A DNA stretch of 64,000 bases from an uncultured Chloroflexia bacterium (lineage in GTDB: Bacteria; Chloroflexota; Anaerolineae; CG2-30-64-16). The stretch is taken from assembly GCA_963810095.1 (NCBI GenBank), contig CAWEMM010000006.1, positions 160,001 to 224,000 on the forward strand, read 5' to 3'. The notes under the pieces are model-generated. The model did no database searches. It was not told the DNA's origin and worked only from the letters and a program-made list of their open reading frames with translations. Positions within the stretch are counted from its first letter, which is position 1; the number at the start of each line of letters is the position of its first letter. The position numbers and the translations under genes were made by a program. Shown here piece after piece: positions 1 to 9,766 of the stretch.

Positions 1-3000
1 CGGCCCGCCGGCGTCGCGCTCTTGTACGTGCTCGGGGTGCCGCCAACGATCGTGAGGCTCTTGTTAATCAACGCCGTCTGGACGGTGCCCGCTTTGAACC
101 ACATCCCCTTGCACACGCCGCCCACGTTCACCCGCTCGGTCGCCTCGTCGAGCGCGGCCTGGAACGCTCGGCCATTCACGCTGGAGCGCTCAGTCGAGGC
201 GAAGTTATTCGTGCTGAAGCAGTTCGCCGTGACCGACTGCAGCTCGACGGCCCCGGCGTCGCAGTACGATGAACCCGTGCCTGGCCGCACCTCGCTGCGC
301 TGGTCCTGGGCCGTAGATCCGCAGATGCCCGCGTCTACGGCCAGGCTGGCGGCCGACGGCGCGTGCGTTTTGATGCGCACGGCAGTGCCGCCCTGGGCCG
401 GCCCGCCGGCGTCTTGCAGCGTTCCAAGCCCAGGATCCGTGATCCCCCGCTGGTCGAAGTCCACGGTAAACCTGTCGATGTTGCCGCGGCCCACGATATT
501 GCCGCCGCCGCTGGTCACTTTATTGCCGTTGTCGCTCACGTCGGCATCGTAAGCGCCGGTGTTTGTGCGGTTCCCGGCAATGATGCTGGACGTGATGGTT
601 GTGGCAGATCCGGACACGGCCAGGCCCGCGCCGCTCGGGGCCTGGTTGTCCGTGATGGTGGTATTCCTGATGGTGACGGCGGCTGTGCTCAGGTACAGGC
701 CGCCGCCCGTGCCGGCCGGCGCACTGTTTCCCGAGATCGTGCAATTGTCGATGGTGGTAGGCTTTGCGACGACCACGCCGCCGCCGAAGCTGCCGCTGGC
801 CGTGTTGCCGCTGACCGTCACCCCGCTAAGCGAGATCGACGAGCCGGCGTTATTGTAGATTCCGCCGCCCTGGTCGGCCTTGTTGCCGGCAACCGTGGAG
901 TCCGTCACGCTGAGTGCGCCAAGAGCGATCAGGCCGCCGCCCAAATGCCCGACCGACTCATTGTTGCTCACCACGCTGCGGGTCAGCGTCAAGTCCTTCG
1001 TCGCATAGATGCCGCCGCCATTGCCCGTCGACTTGCTCGAGTCGACGGTGGCATCGGTCAGCGTCGTCGGCAGTTCCGTGTACAGCCCGCCTCCGCCCGG
1101 GTTGGCGCTGCTCGATCCGCCGCGCAGGGCAAGGTTATTCATCTGGAATGATCCGTAGTTGCTCCCGGCAACGTAGACCGCTCGGCCCTGACCCCACGCG
1201 TCCACCACGGCAGGGGTGTTCGTGCTTTGGGCCGTGAAACCCGTGTTCCAGTTGCCCGAGAGCACGAGCTTGCCGTCACTGTACCAAGGTGCCGTCAGCT
1301 TGACCGACTGCTGGCCCATCTGCGTTTTCGCACCTACACACGTGCCCGCCAATCGGACTTGGCCGCCGTCGACGTCGAGCAAATCGGCGCTGGCCTGCGC
1401 CGCAATGCCATCGAGCGTCGCGTAGACTGTGCCGTCCGAGACGCCTGCGTTGTCCTGCGCCTTGGCGTAGCACGCGTTGCGCCCGCCAGCCAACAGCGTC
1501 GCGATTTCTGTCTCGCTGAGGCCGCGCAAAAATGCGCAGGTCGTCGAGATTGCCGACCAGGTAGGGGGTGCTGGCATCTGCAGAATACCCCAGGCGAACG
1601 TGGGTTTGGGTGGTGAACGAGGAAGTGGTGGCCGTGCCGCTCGCTCGCAGCACGCCATCGACGTACAGGCGGTCGCCCCCGACGGTGGCTCCGAAGGTGT
1701 GGACGACATGATGCCAGTTGTTGTCCAGCACCTTCACCCCGGTGCTGCACAGCGTCTCGCTCGCCCCGCCGAGCCACACCCGGCTGCACACATACGCGTA
1801 GGTATCCTTGTAAGGTTTCAGATAAACGTGCCGGTCGTGCGAGCTGCCCGCCTCGTTCGTCGCCGAGAACAGCCCACAAGTGCTGCAGTTCGTCCTGAAC
1901 CAGAAGGAGAGCCCGTAGTTGCTGTTCGACAGCACCAATGCGCCCGACTCGAAACCGCCGCCCGCGAGCTTCAGGGAACCGGGATTGGCGTAACCCGACG
2001 CCTGAATGGTCGCGGCCGTCGTGGTGTCGATGCTCACCGTCGAACCGCTGGCGCTGGTATTGCGGTCGGCGACCACCCCGCTGCCCGCCGAGTCCGTGTC
2101 CTTCTTGTTGTCGCTGGACGCACCATTAGGGTCGAACCGCCAGTACGCGGCCGGCGTGCCGTCGCCGGCCAACCCGCGGATCTCGTCCGCGTCGAGTTCC
2201 CGGTCGTAGACGCGCACGTCGTCCACTTGGCCCGTGACCCGGTGCGCGCCCGTGTCCCACGGGGCCACCCCGATATAGAGCGATCGGGTGGTGTTGCCCA
2301 GGGGATCGGTGTCGGCAGCCGTGTTCGCCACGAGCTTGCCGTTGACGTAGGCCCGCAGTTGGCCGCCCCGCGTCCACGTGCAGGCCAGGTGCACCCATTC
2401 GTTCTTCAGGATGGAGCCCGCCCAGGCATCCTTGTCGGCGCCCGAAAAGCTCTCGCACTTGAGCTTGCCATCCTCGACGCCGAGCACCCAGCCGAGGTCA
2501 TGGCTGCCGTCGGTTTTGCCGACGATCTTCTGATCGTTCGCAGGATTGGTCAGGTTGACCCACGCGGCCGCGGTCACGGCGTCCTGCAAGATCAGGTCGG
2601 GATTGTCGGCTACGCTGACGTAATGGCTCCCGTCGAGCGACAGCGACTTCGTGTTGGTATGCGCAGTGGGCGCCGCGCTCCCATATCCCGTTGTTGGAGA
2701 GGAATTCCACGAGCCGTCATGCCCGTTCCCGCTAGCGTCGGCCAGGTTGCTGTCGAACTTCCAATAGCCGATCGGGCGGCGCGTCGTGGCCGCCAGCGCA
2801 GCAAGCTGTGCCTCGGTCAGCACCCGGTTGTAGACGCGCGCCTCGTCAAGGCTGCCCTTGAAGCGCTGGCCACTTTGGGGGGCGCGGCCAATCCAAAAGT
2901 CGCCTGAGCCGGCGAAGTTGGCGCCGGCAACATCCTGTGCAACAAGCACACCGTCACGGTAGAGCTTGCGCGTTTTGTTAGCGACGTCGTAGGTGCACGC

Positions 3001-3678
3001 CCAGTGGTGCCATGCGCCGGTGTCGGTATAGGTGGGCGCGTCCAGATCGTCGTCATAGAATGCGCAGGTGAACTTGTTGTTGTCGCGGAATCCGAAGTGC
3101 AGCGCTTGGTTTGTGGTTCCCGCCTTTCCCTGGCCGAACAACCAATGGGCGGACCCGGTGGCCCCGCGCTTGGCCCACACGGCCAAGGTGAACGAGTTAT
3201 TGGCCAGGGGCATCCCCGCGGTCACCGTGATCCAGCCGCTGGTGGAATCACCCGGAAGCCTGAGGCTCCGGTCGTTGGCGAAGAATGTCGGCCCCCCGTC
3301 GTCGACGATCCATTGGTAGTTGGAGGGATACAGGGTGCCGTCGCGGCCATTGCCCGAAGAATCGTGCGCGACCAGGCCCGATCCCTCGTCCAGGTTCCAG
3401 TAGCCGAGCAGGCCGTCGGTCAGCGGATCGGTGGCGGCCGGCGCCTGGGGCGCGGCGAGCGCGCCCGGAGGCGCGCTCGCCGGATCGGCCGGGGGCGGCA
3501 CTGCGGCATGCAGCACGGTCGCGCCGGCGCCGAGCAAGAGAAGGAGGCAGACCAGTACGGCCGCTGCCCGGCCAGCAGCAACGCGCCATGCCGCTGCTTC
3601 GACAGCGCGGGACGAGCGTGCGCCGGCAGGAAGCGCCGTTTGGAGACTGTGCTCTGAGGATTGGATGTGGGCGCTCAT
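1..3678 (-). CDS. Giant secreted protein with three LamG-like (concanavalin A/laminin G) domains followed by a parallel beta-helix/choice-of-anchor-Q-like region; frameshift at ~1522; 3' end outside the window
   Basis: ORF 1276..3678 has an N-terminal hydrophobic segment and three units with GYWxFD...W(H/V)H...L(Y/R)xDG...G(S/Q/N)(L/V)D(E/D)xR(V/I)(Y/F) motifs. After a 1-nt shift at ~1522 the frame continues (LSETEIATLL...GGGIY...SGNTA...GGGLY...CDAGAVE) with no stop to position 1. The start overlaps the upstream stop (ATGA). Confidence 0.85.
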
Positions 3679-6323
3679 CGGTCATACTCCTGCTTGTCGA
3701 GTTCAGAGGTGGGCAGAACATGCCTGATCACGAAATAACCGCGGGCCGTGATGGAGTTCTGGTGGAGACCTTCGACGACCTCTCGGTACTCGCCGCCCCA
3801 GACGGAGCCACCCCAATCCAGCGCCTTCGCATCGGCCTCCGTGCCGTTTGGCGGCAAGGCCGTCAGGATGAAGGTCACCTTGCGGCTGATCCCGAATGAC
3901 TCTTCCTGCGGCTTGTCGAACTTGGCGTCCAGGTTGTCGTGGTCCGGATGGTACTTGTGCTTGTAGGGGTTGAGCGGATCGTTCGCCGGCAAGGTCAGGT
4001 TGTACTCCAGGGGCGTGGCGAGGTCGCCGAAAGGCCCCGTGGTGGTGATGGGCTGCTGCATGCTGAGGAAGACAACAGAGCTGAGACGCTGCGTATCGGT
4101 GATGACGTAATACGGCAGGAGCCCCACCTGCTTGCTATCCGCCACCCGCAAGATCACCCGGAACTGCGCCTGCGAGCCGCGGCCGTCTGCGAACATCGTC
4201 GGCGCGCCCACCACCAGGTTGGCACACGCGACCGGCTGGCCCTTCCACGAGATGAGGACATGTGTGGGCGTACCCGTCAGCTCGGACAGCGAGCGACCGG
4301 CGAGCGACAGCACCAGGCTGCCGTTCTTGACCCAACCGAGGTCGAACAACTTCTCCGTCCGAGCGTCACACGTCCCTCCGTAGACGGCTGCGTAGTCCTG
4401 CCGTACATAGCCGAAGTTCAGCGGGGGCTCGGCCCGATTGTCATAGGCATCATAGTAGGGCAAACGCTCCTGGCCGATCACCTGTGTCAGGTATCCGGAC
4501 GGTGTGACCGCCGTCGCGCCATCCGAGCCGAGGGTGATGCCGGCTGGGGTCGTATTCTGGACGGTGACAGGGGCGGCATTGGCTGAGGTGGGCGGGACGA
4601 CGATCGGGAACGCGGTCGTGTAACCCTCGACCACGCTGCCGCCGGCCGACAGCGGATAGTCACCGGGTGTCAGGCCGCCGGCTACGTAGCTGCCGTCGAC
4701 CGCGGTCGTGCGGCTGTTGTTGCCGACTGCCACTTCGACGCCGGCCAGACCCGGCTCACTCGGATCCTTCTGGCCATTCTGGTTCTGATCCACAAAGGCC
4801 TGGCCGCGGACGTATAGCGAGTTGGGGCTCGAGGGCGACACGGTCTCGACCGTCAGGTCGGGCAGCGTCAGGGTGACGGTGAAGGTCGAGGTATCCACCG
4901 TTCCGGCTACCGTATCGTGAATCTGGATGGAGCCATGAACGCCCGAATCGTTCAGGCTGCCGAGCGAGACCGTCAAGTCGGAATCGAAATCCGCCGCGCC
5001 CAGCCGGGCCTCGCTGACGTTGTTCACCAGCACTTCGCCCACCCACAGCCCGGCATACGAACCTGGCTCCGCAGCCACCGGGAAACGCCAGAGCGCACCG
5101 AGTTCGGGAGAGAGGACCTCGAAGAGCGTTTCGCCCGCGGCGGGCTGGTCGGCCACCGGGACCCGCAGTGTGAGCTGTCTGCCGTCGCCGGGCTGCAGCA
5201 CGAAGCTGGGGCTCGCGCTACGCAGGTCGACCGTGGTCGTGCCGTCGCCGGTATAGTTGAGCGCGACGGCCGTCCCTGCACCCGGGGGCAGGCGCAAAGT
5301 CACCGTGGCGGCCTTGTCCGATGCATTCCGGACCACGAGGGTCTTGACCTGCCCCACGGCGCCGGCTTGGAAACTTAGCCCCTCGGCCGGCGGATTGCTG
5401 ATGTCTAGCGGCGAGGCGAAGTCGGGCGTCGCAGGTTGACCCTCCGGCGGCTCTTCGGCGTAGCGTACCAGGTACGCGACGGACGACTGCAGGGTGTCCG
5501 TGCCGACCAGCGGCGCGGTCCAACTGCCATCCACGGTGAGGCCGCGCACTTCCAGGACGGGCGAGCCGGTGAGGAATGTGGCGACCGTGGCGCCCGACGC
5601 GGTCAACGGGAAGCCGGCCAGATTGTAGGCTCCCGCCCGCCAGCGATGATGCCCCGGCACAGGCTTGCCGGAAACCCGAAATGTCCCGTTCGTCCCGGCC
5701 TGCATCTTGATCAAATAGCCGGTGTTTGCGTGCAGGTTGGTAAGCGTGCTGAGGAACTCACGCGAGCGGCCGTCGGGACCTCTATTCGCCACCGGCAGAT
5801 AGCGGTCCCAGCCAGGCGCGTCCCACAACCCTTCGCCCGGATCGACGATGTAGTCCTTGTGCGTCGGCGGCTGGTTATAGGTCCAGACGCTCTCGAGGCC
5901 GGCGAGGCCGTCAAACACGGCGTCGAGCAGCGGCTTCTTGTAGCCCAGCTCCGGCTTACTCGGATCGACGAGACCGGATGGGTTAATGGGCTCGACGCCA
6001 AGGTAGACGGCATTCCAGCCCTCGTGCAGCGTGAAGACCTGGGTCACCACGGCGCCCTGAATCGTCTCGGTGACGCTGTCCGGCGCGGCCGCGGCTGCCG
6101 TCGCCGGCAGTGGGGCTGAGGCCGGTAGCTTCAGGACGGCAGCCGCCGGTTCGACCGCGGCCGGCTCCTTCTGCGCTTCCGCACGCTGAGCGTTGGGGGC
6201 TGCGACCGCCGGCGCGGGGGCACCGGATGCCGACACGACGATGACGGCGGCAACCAGCACCAGCAGCAGCGTAAGCGGACCCACGCGCCAGGCCAGTGAG
6301 GTGAGAGTGGGTTTGGGTTGCAT
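3675..6323 (-). CDS. Large secreted hypothetical protein (882 aa) with an internal SdrD-B-like domain; partner of the LamG protein
   Basis: Part of ORF 3675..6569. The likely start is ATG 6323 (MQPKPT) after GAGGAGG. It has a signal-peptide-like hydrophobic stretch, an SdrD-B-like motif (GQAFVDQNQNGQKDPSEPGLAGVEV...DGSY...NFGY) and a C-terminal NPYKHKYHPDHDNLD motif. Confidence 0.8.
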   Translation of the reverse strand: MQPKPTLTSLAWRVGPLTLLLVLVAAVIVVSASGAPAPAVAAPNAQRAEAQKEPAAVEPAAAVLKLPASAPLPATAAAAAPDSVTETIQGAVVTQVFTLHEGWNAVYLGVEPINPSGLVDPSKPELGYKKPLLDAVFDGLAGLESVWTYNQPPTHKDYIVDPGEGLWDAPGWDRYLPVANRGPDGRSREFLSTLTNLHANTGYLIKMQAGTNGTFRVSGKPVPGHHRWRAGAYNLAGFPLTASGATVATFLTGSPVLEVRGLTVDGSWTAPLVGTDTLQSSVAYLVRYAEEPPEGQPATPDFASPLDISNPPAEGLSFQAGAVGQVKTLVVRNASDKAATVTLRLPPGAGTAVALNYTGDGTTTVDLRSASPSFVLQPGDGRQLTLRVPVADQPAAGETLFEVLSPELGALWRFPVAAEPGSYAGLWVGEVLVNNVSEARLGAADFDSDLTVSLGSLNDSGVHGSIQIHDTVAGTVDTSTFTVTLTLPDLTVETVSPSSPNSLYVRGQAFVDQNQNGQKDPSEPGLAGVEVAVGNNSRTTAVDGSYVAGGLTPGDYPLSAGGSVVEGYTTAFPIVVPPTSANAAPVTVQNTTPAGITLGSDGATAVTPSGYLTQVIGQERLPYYDAYDNRAEPPLNFGYVRQDYAAVYGGTCDARTEKLFDLGWVKNGSLVLSLAGRSLSELTGTPTHVLISWKGQPVACANLVVGAPTMFADGRGSQAQFRVILRVADSKQVGLLPYYVITDTQRLSSVVFLSMQQPITTTGPFGDLATPLEYNLTLPANDPLNPYKHKYHPDHDNLDAKFDKPQEESFGISRKVTFILTALPPNGTEADAKALDWGGSVWGGEYREVVEGLHQNSITARGYFVIRHVLPTSELDKQEYDR

Positions 6324-6391
6324 CAGGGAAACCTCCTCGACCGGGGAAGGGCCGGACTCATCAACTGAAAAGCATACGGATCGAAACGGCG

Positions 6392-6979
6392 CTAGGGTCG
6401 CCGCACTGCGGGCAAGTAGGTTTTGAACGTGGGCGGAGCCGGCCGGACGACGACCGGGCCGTCTTGCGTCGCATGCTCGAGCGGGAGGGAATTCACGTCC
6501 GCAAATGTCAGCACCTCGACGCTCAGATTGGTCAGGGTATCTTGCGCCACCGCCAGGACCGGCTGCCACATGATGTTGGTGACCGTGACAGGCGACGCGC
6601 CGGCCGACACACCGCCGATCGACAGCACATTGAAGAGGACCGCATCGGCCTTGCCATCCCCATTGGTGTCCTCATTCGGGTTGCACATGCCGACGTCGAA
6701 CAAGCTGCTGCGTTGGCACCCTGTTGCCCTTAGCATGAGGGGATCGAACCTGACCCGAATGGTGGCCGCGCCCAACTTCTGAACGTTGGCGACCTGCACG
6801 GGGAGGGGCGCTGGGGCGCTGCCCGACCGCAGCTTGCCGCCGGCAGCAATGACCGTTGCGGCGGCCGATGGCGCGTCGGGTAACGGGGAGCTGGCGAAGG
6901 CCGGTTCGCCCCCCTCAGGCGACAGGCCCACCAGCAACAACAATATCACAAGTGCGATCCAAGTTTTGACACAATCCAT
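6392..6979 (-). CDS. Secreted cohesin-like domain protein with a C-terminal YLPAVRR motif
   Basis: ORF 6392..7003 with likely start MDCVKTW at 6979 and a signal peptide. Cohesin-like pattern VQVANVQKLGAATIRVRFDPLML...TQDGPVVV; ends KTYLPAVRRP. Confidence 0.7.
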   Translation of the reverse strand: MDCVKTWIALVILLLLVGLSPEGGEPAFASSPLPDAPSAAATVIAAGGKLRSGSAPAPLPVQVANVQKLGAATIRVRFDPLMLRATGCQRSSLFDVGMCNPNEDTNGDGKADAVLFNVLSIGGVSAGASPVTVTNIMWQPVLAVAQDTLTNLSVEVLTFADVNSLPLEHATQDGPVVVRPAPPTFKTYLPAVRRP

Positions 6980-7067
6980 TTTGTGCCTCCAGCCCCGACC
7001 CAAGCGCGGTCGAGTTCCGGTGAACGACGTTTGGGACGGCCAACGAGCGGGGCCGCGATGGAATACG

Positions 7068-7397
7068 TTAACCTTGTTCAGATGGTGAAGTCAGGATGCG
7101 CGTGAGGTCCGCCAACGTGGAGAGGTGGGCGGGTGACCCGGACAGCGACAATACCTGATGAGTCTCGAGGTCAAAGCCGAGCATGAGCAGGTGGCTGTGA
7201 GCCGCCAGGCAAGCGCGTGCACAGTCGGGGATCCCATTGGCGATATCAAAGAGGATCGCGTCGGGGGTGAAGTCGTCTGGCCAGGCATCCAACACGGTTG
7301 TTACCCGGCGAAGCGCAACCTGAGGCAGACCGGCCGCGGCTGCCCCAATGCTTTCCATCGCCAGTGACGAGCCAACCAACAGGATGCGTCGATGCAT
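7068..7397 (-). CDS. Small hypothetical protein resembling a degenerate receiver domain
   Basis: ORF 7068..7496 with likely start MHRRILLVG at 7397. RILLV...PDAILFDI follows the CheY beta1/beta3 pattern but lacks the acidic pair and the conserved Lys. Confidence 0.6.
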   Translation of the reverse strand: MHRRILLVGSSLAMESIGAAAAGLPQVALRRVTTVLDAWPDDFTPDAILFDIANGIPDCARACLAAHSHLLMLGFDLETHQVLSLSGSPAHLSTLADLTRILTSPSEQG

Positions 7398-7496
7398 GCC
7401 GACCCTTTCACCCCGCATGGAGAACCGCAGCCGTGCAGGGACACATTGCGTGAAAATAAGAATAACCATGTGTGCGCGGGGTGTCACTGTCCGCAA

Positions 7497-7560
7497 GGGG
7501 TGAGGAAAGTACAGTCGGAGGTGTGAGAAGTACAGGGCGCGGGTGGAGAAAGTACAGTGA
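7497..7560. promoter_or_regulatory. Three phased direct repeats (core AAGTACAG), putative regulator binding sites
   Basis: AAGTACAG occurs at 7507, 7528 and 7550 (spacing 21 and 22 bp), each preceded by a GGTG-purine-rich flank, in the gap upstream of the LamG operon. Confidence 0.65.
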
Positions 7561-7648
7561 GCGGGACGGGGCGCTCACGACATGGGTTCCGGGCCGGGGT
7601 GACAGTGGGTGAGCCGCCCTTCACACCCCGACCCGAGATGCTGGCCGG

Positions 7649-8293
7649 CTATATCCCGTGGTCGCGGGCGTAGGCTTCGACCTCGGCGCGGTTGGCTAGA
7701 TGAAGAAGCCCGAGGATCTCGCCCATGTGATACTTGACCGTGCGCTCGGCCAACCCAAGTTCGGTGCCTATCTCTTTGTAGGTCATGTCCCGGGAGATAA
7801 GAGCCAGGATCTGGGCCTGGCGGGGCGAAAGCCGCACAGGCGCCGGTGGATTGGGCGGCCGCTGTGCCAGGCGCGAGAATTCCTTGACAACCCGCTGCGC
7901 CAGCCCGGGCCCCATGACCACCTCGCCCCGGGCAAGTTCCTCGAGCGAGCGGAAGAAACTCTCCGTATCCTGCGTTTTCAGGAGATAGCCTGACACGCCC
8001 AAGCGAATGGCCTCGAACAGGTTATCATCGTCGGTCCACATGGTTAGAATGACGATATGGGCATCGGGGAACTCGGCCTTGATGAGCCGTGCACCCGCCA
8101 GTCCATCGCAATGCGGCATGCGGATATCCATCAGCACCAGGTCTGGGCGCAGGGTGCGATATTGCGCCAGCGCCTCCAACCCGTCGTGAGCCACGCCCAC
8201 GACCTCGTATTGCCGTGCGACGAGCAAGTTACGCAGGCCCTCGAGGAAAAGCGGATGATCGTCGACCAGGAGCAGACGCACGGCGACCTCCAA
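7649..8293 (-). CDS. NarL/LuxR-family response regulator (orphan)
   Basis: Receiver motifs LLVDDH...DLVLMDIRMP...GYLLK and HTH LSPRQAQIL...ERTVKYH. Confidence 0.95.
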   Translation of the reverse strand: MEVAVRLLLVDDHPLFLEGLRNLLVARQYEVVGVAHDGLEALAQYRTLRPDLVLMDIRMPHCDGLAGARLIKAEFPDAHIVILTMWTDDDNLFEAIRLGVSGYLLKTQDTESFFRSLEELARGEVVMGPGLAQRVVKEFSRLAQRPPNPPAPVRLSPRQAQILALISRDMTYKEIGTELGLAERTVKYHMGEILGLLHLANRAEVEAYARDHGI

Positions 8294-8309
8294 TGATAGT
8301 ACGAGAGCC

Positions 8310-9422
8310 TTATGGTGTGGGATAACCAGTTTCGATGGAATAGCCGGATGCTTCCCGGCCGGCAGCTGCTTCGCGCGCGGCCACCCGTTCGCGGCGCCAA
8401 TCCTCCTCGGTCGGCGGGGTGGGTAGAATCTCGCCCTCGGGCCGGCGGATGAGGCTCAGCGCGCCCTCGGGGCAGGCCAGCACGCAGACTCCGCACCCGA
8501 GACACCGGAAGGCGTTGACAATCGCCGTCGCCTCGACGTCGAGCGCGCCGAATTGGCACGCGTCTTCGCACAGCCCACAGCCCTGGCACAGGCCCGCATC
8601 GACCGTGTTGACAAAAGCCGACCGGGCAACTGCGTTCGCCATGCCAAGCTCGGAGATGCCGCGCAGGATGCCGCAGGAGCAAGTGCAGCAGTTGCAGATG
8701 TAGGTGAGCCCTTCCTGGTTGTTGCTCACGCTGTGCACCAAGCCTGCTTCGGCCGAACGCCTGAGCGTGTCGAGCGCCTGCTCCTTTGTGAGCACCTTCA
8801 TCGAGGGCAAGCGGTCGAACGCGCCCGGCGTCGTGCTGAGGGACAGGCAGACATCCACCGGGTGATCGCAAGGATCGCCGATGAGCGCCTTCTGTTTGCG
8901 GCAGATGCAATCTACGACGCCCCAGGCCGCATTGGCCTCGACGATCGCCGTGGCGCTTTCGAACGGAGCTATCTCCATATCGACGCGCACCGCGTGGTCG
9001 ATCGGGATCACCCGGTGCACCGAGGGCGCGGAGGTCATGACGCGCGCAAAGCCGTCCTGGTAGTATTGCTCGAAAAGCCGCGCCAACTCGGAGTCGATTG
9101 TGGGCCCCTGCATCTCGTAAATGCCCACAACAAAAGGCAACAGTCCAAAGCCCCAACCTGTGGGGACGCGAGCCGCCTTAATCAGCCCACGCTTCGCCAT
9201 ACCGATAAGTTGTCCCATGAGGGGGCGGGGTTCGCGCCCCAGCCGGGCTGCGAGTTCATCGACCGTCTCGGGTGTTGGGCTCAATTCGCAGGCAAGCGCC
9301 GCGTCTTCGGGTGTGAACAAGAGGGCGAGCAGGCGGAGCTCAACGCCGTCCGCGGTGGGGGGAAAGCCATTTGGCAGGCTGTCCAGTCGTTGCGCCAGGG
9401 AGCGATAAATTGGGTCGGGCAT
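8310..9422 (-). CDS. 4Fe-4S binding protein with a Cys-rich centre and a C-terminal 2x[4Fe-4S] ferredoxin domain
   Basis: Likely start MPDPIY at 9422. Motifs CICR, CNCCTCSC, CQGCGLCEDAC and CLGCGVCVLACP. Confidence 0.88.
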   Translation of the reverse strand: MPDPIYRSLAQRLDSLPNGFPPTADGVELRLLALLFTPEDAALACELSPTPETVDELAARLGREPRPLMGQLIGMAKRGLIKAARVPTGWGFGLLPFVVGIYEMQGPTIDSELARLFEQYYQDGFARVMTSAPSVHRVIPIDHAVRVDMEIAPFESATAIVEANAAWGVVDCICRKQKALIGDPCDHPVDVCLSLSTTPGAFDRLPSMKVLTKEQALDTLRRSAEAGLVHSVSNNQEGLTYICNCCTCSCGILRGISELGMANAVARSAFVNTVDAGLCQGCGLCEDACQFGALDVEATAIVNAFRCLGCGVCVLACPEGALSLIRRPEGEILPTPPTEEDWRRERVAAREAAAGREASGYSIETGYPTP

Positions 9423-9624
9423 GGTGCGTTCCTTCGGGGAGACTCCGCTAAGGATACACCACATTCGCCGGCAGTGAAAGCTCATGGGGGCGCGCACGCG
9501 ATGGCGAATCGACTTGACCCGCCTCCCTATCCCGGCTAGACTACCCGGCACGTGGAAAGGACACGCTAACCCCATTGCGATTAGACATCCACCCCGCGTG
9601 GCTGGACAACGCGGGATGAAATAG

Positions 9625-9710
9625 GCCACTGACTGAACGGATCGGACTGATTATCAGGCTCTCTGCCCATGGGCCAGTGCAGATCAGTTTAATCGGTTGC
9701 ATCAGTGTCC
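9625..9710. repeat. Imperfect intergenic palindrome (ACTGAT/ATCAGT-unit family)
   Basis: CACTGACTGAACGGATCGGACTGAT...ATCAGTTTAATCGGTTGCATCAGTG; similar to 50049-50133. Confidence 0.5.
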
Positions 9711-9766
9711 CATTTCAGGTCAGTCTAGACTAGCCGCCAGCACAGCCCCAGACGACGGAACGAAGA

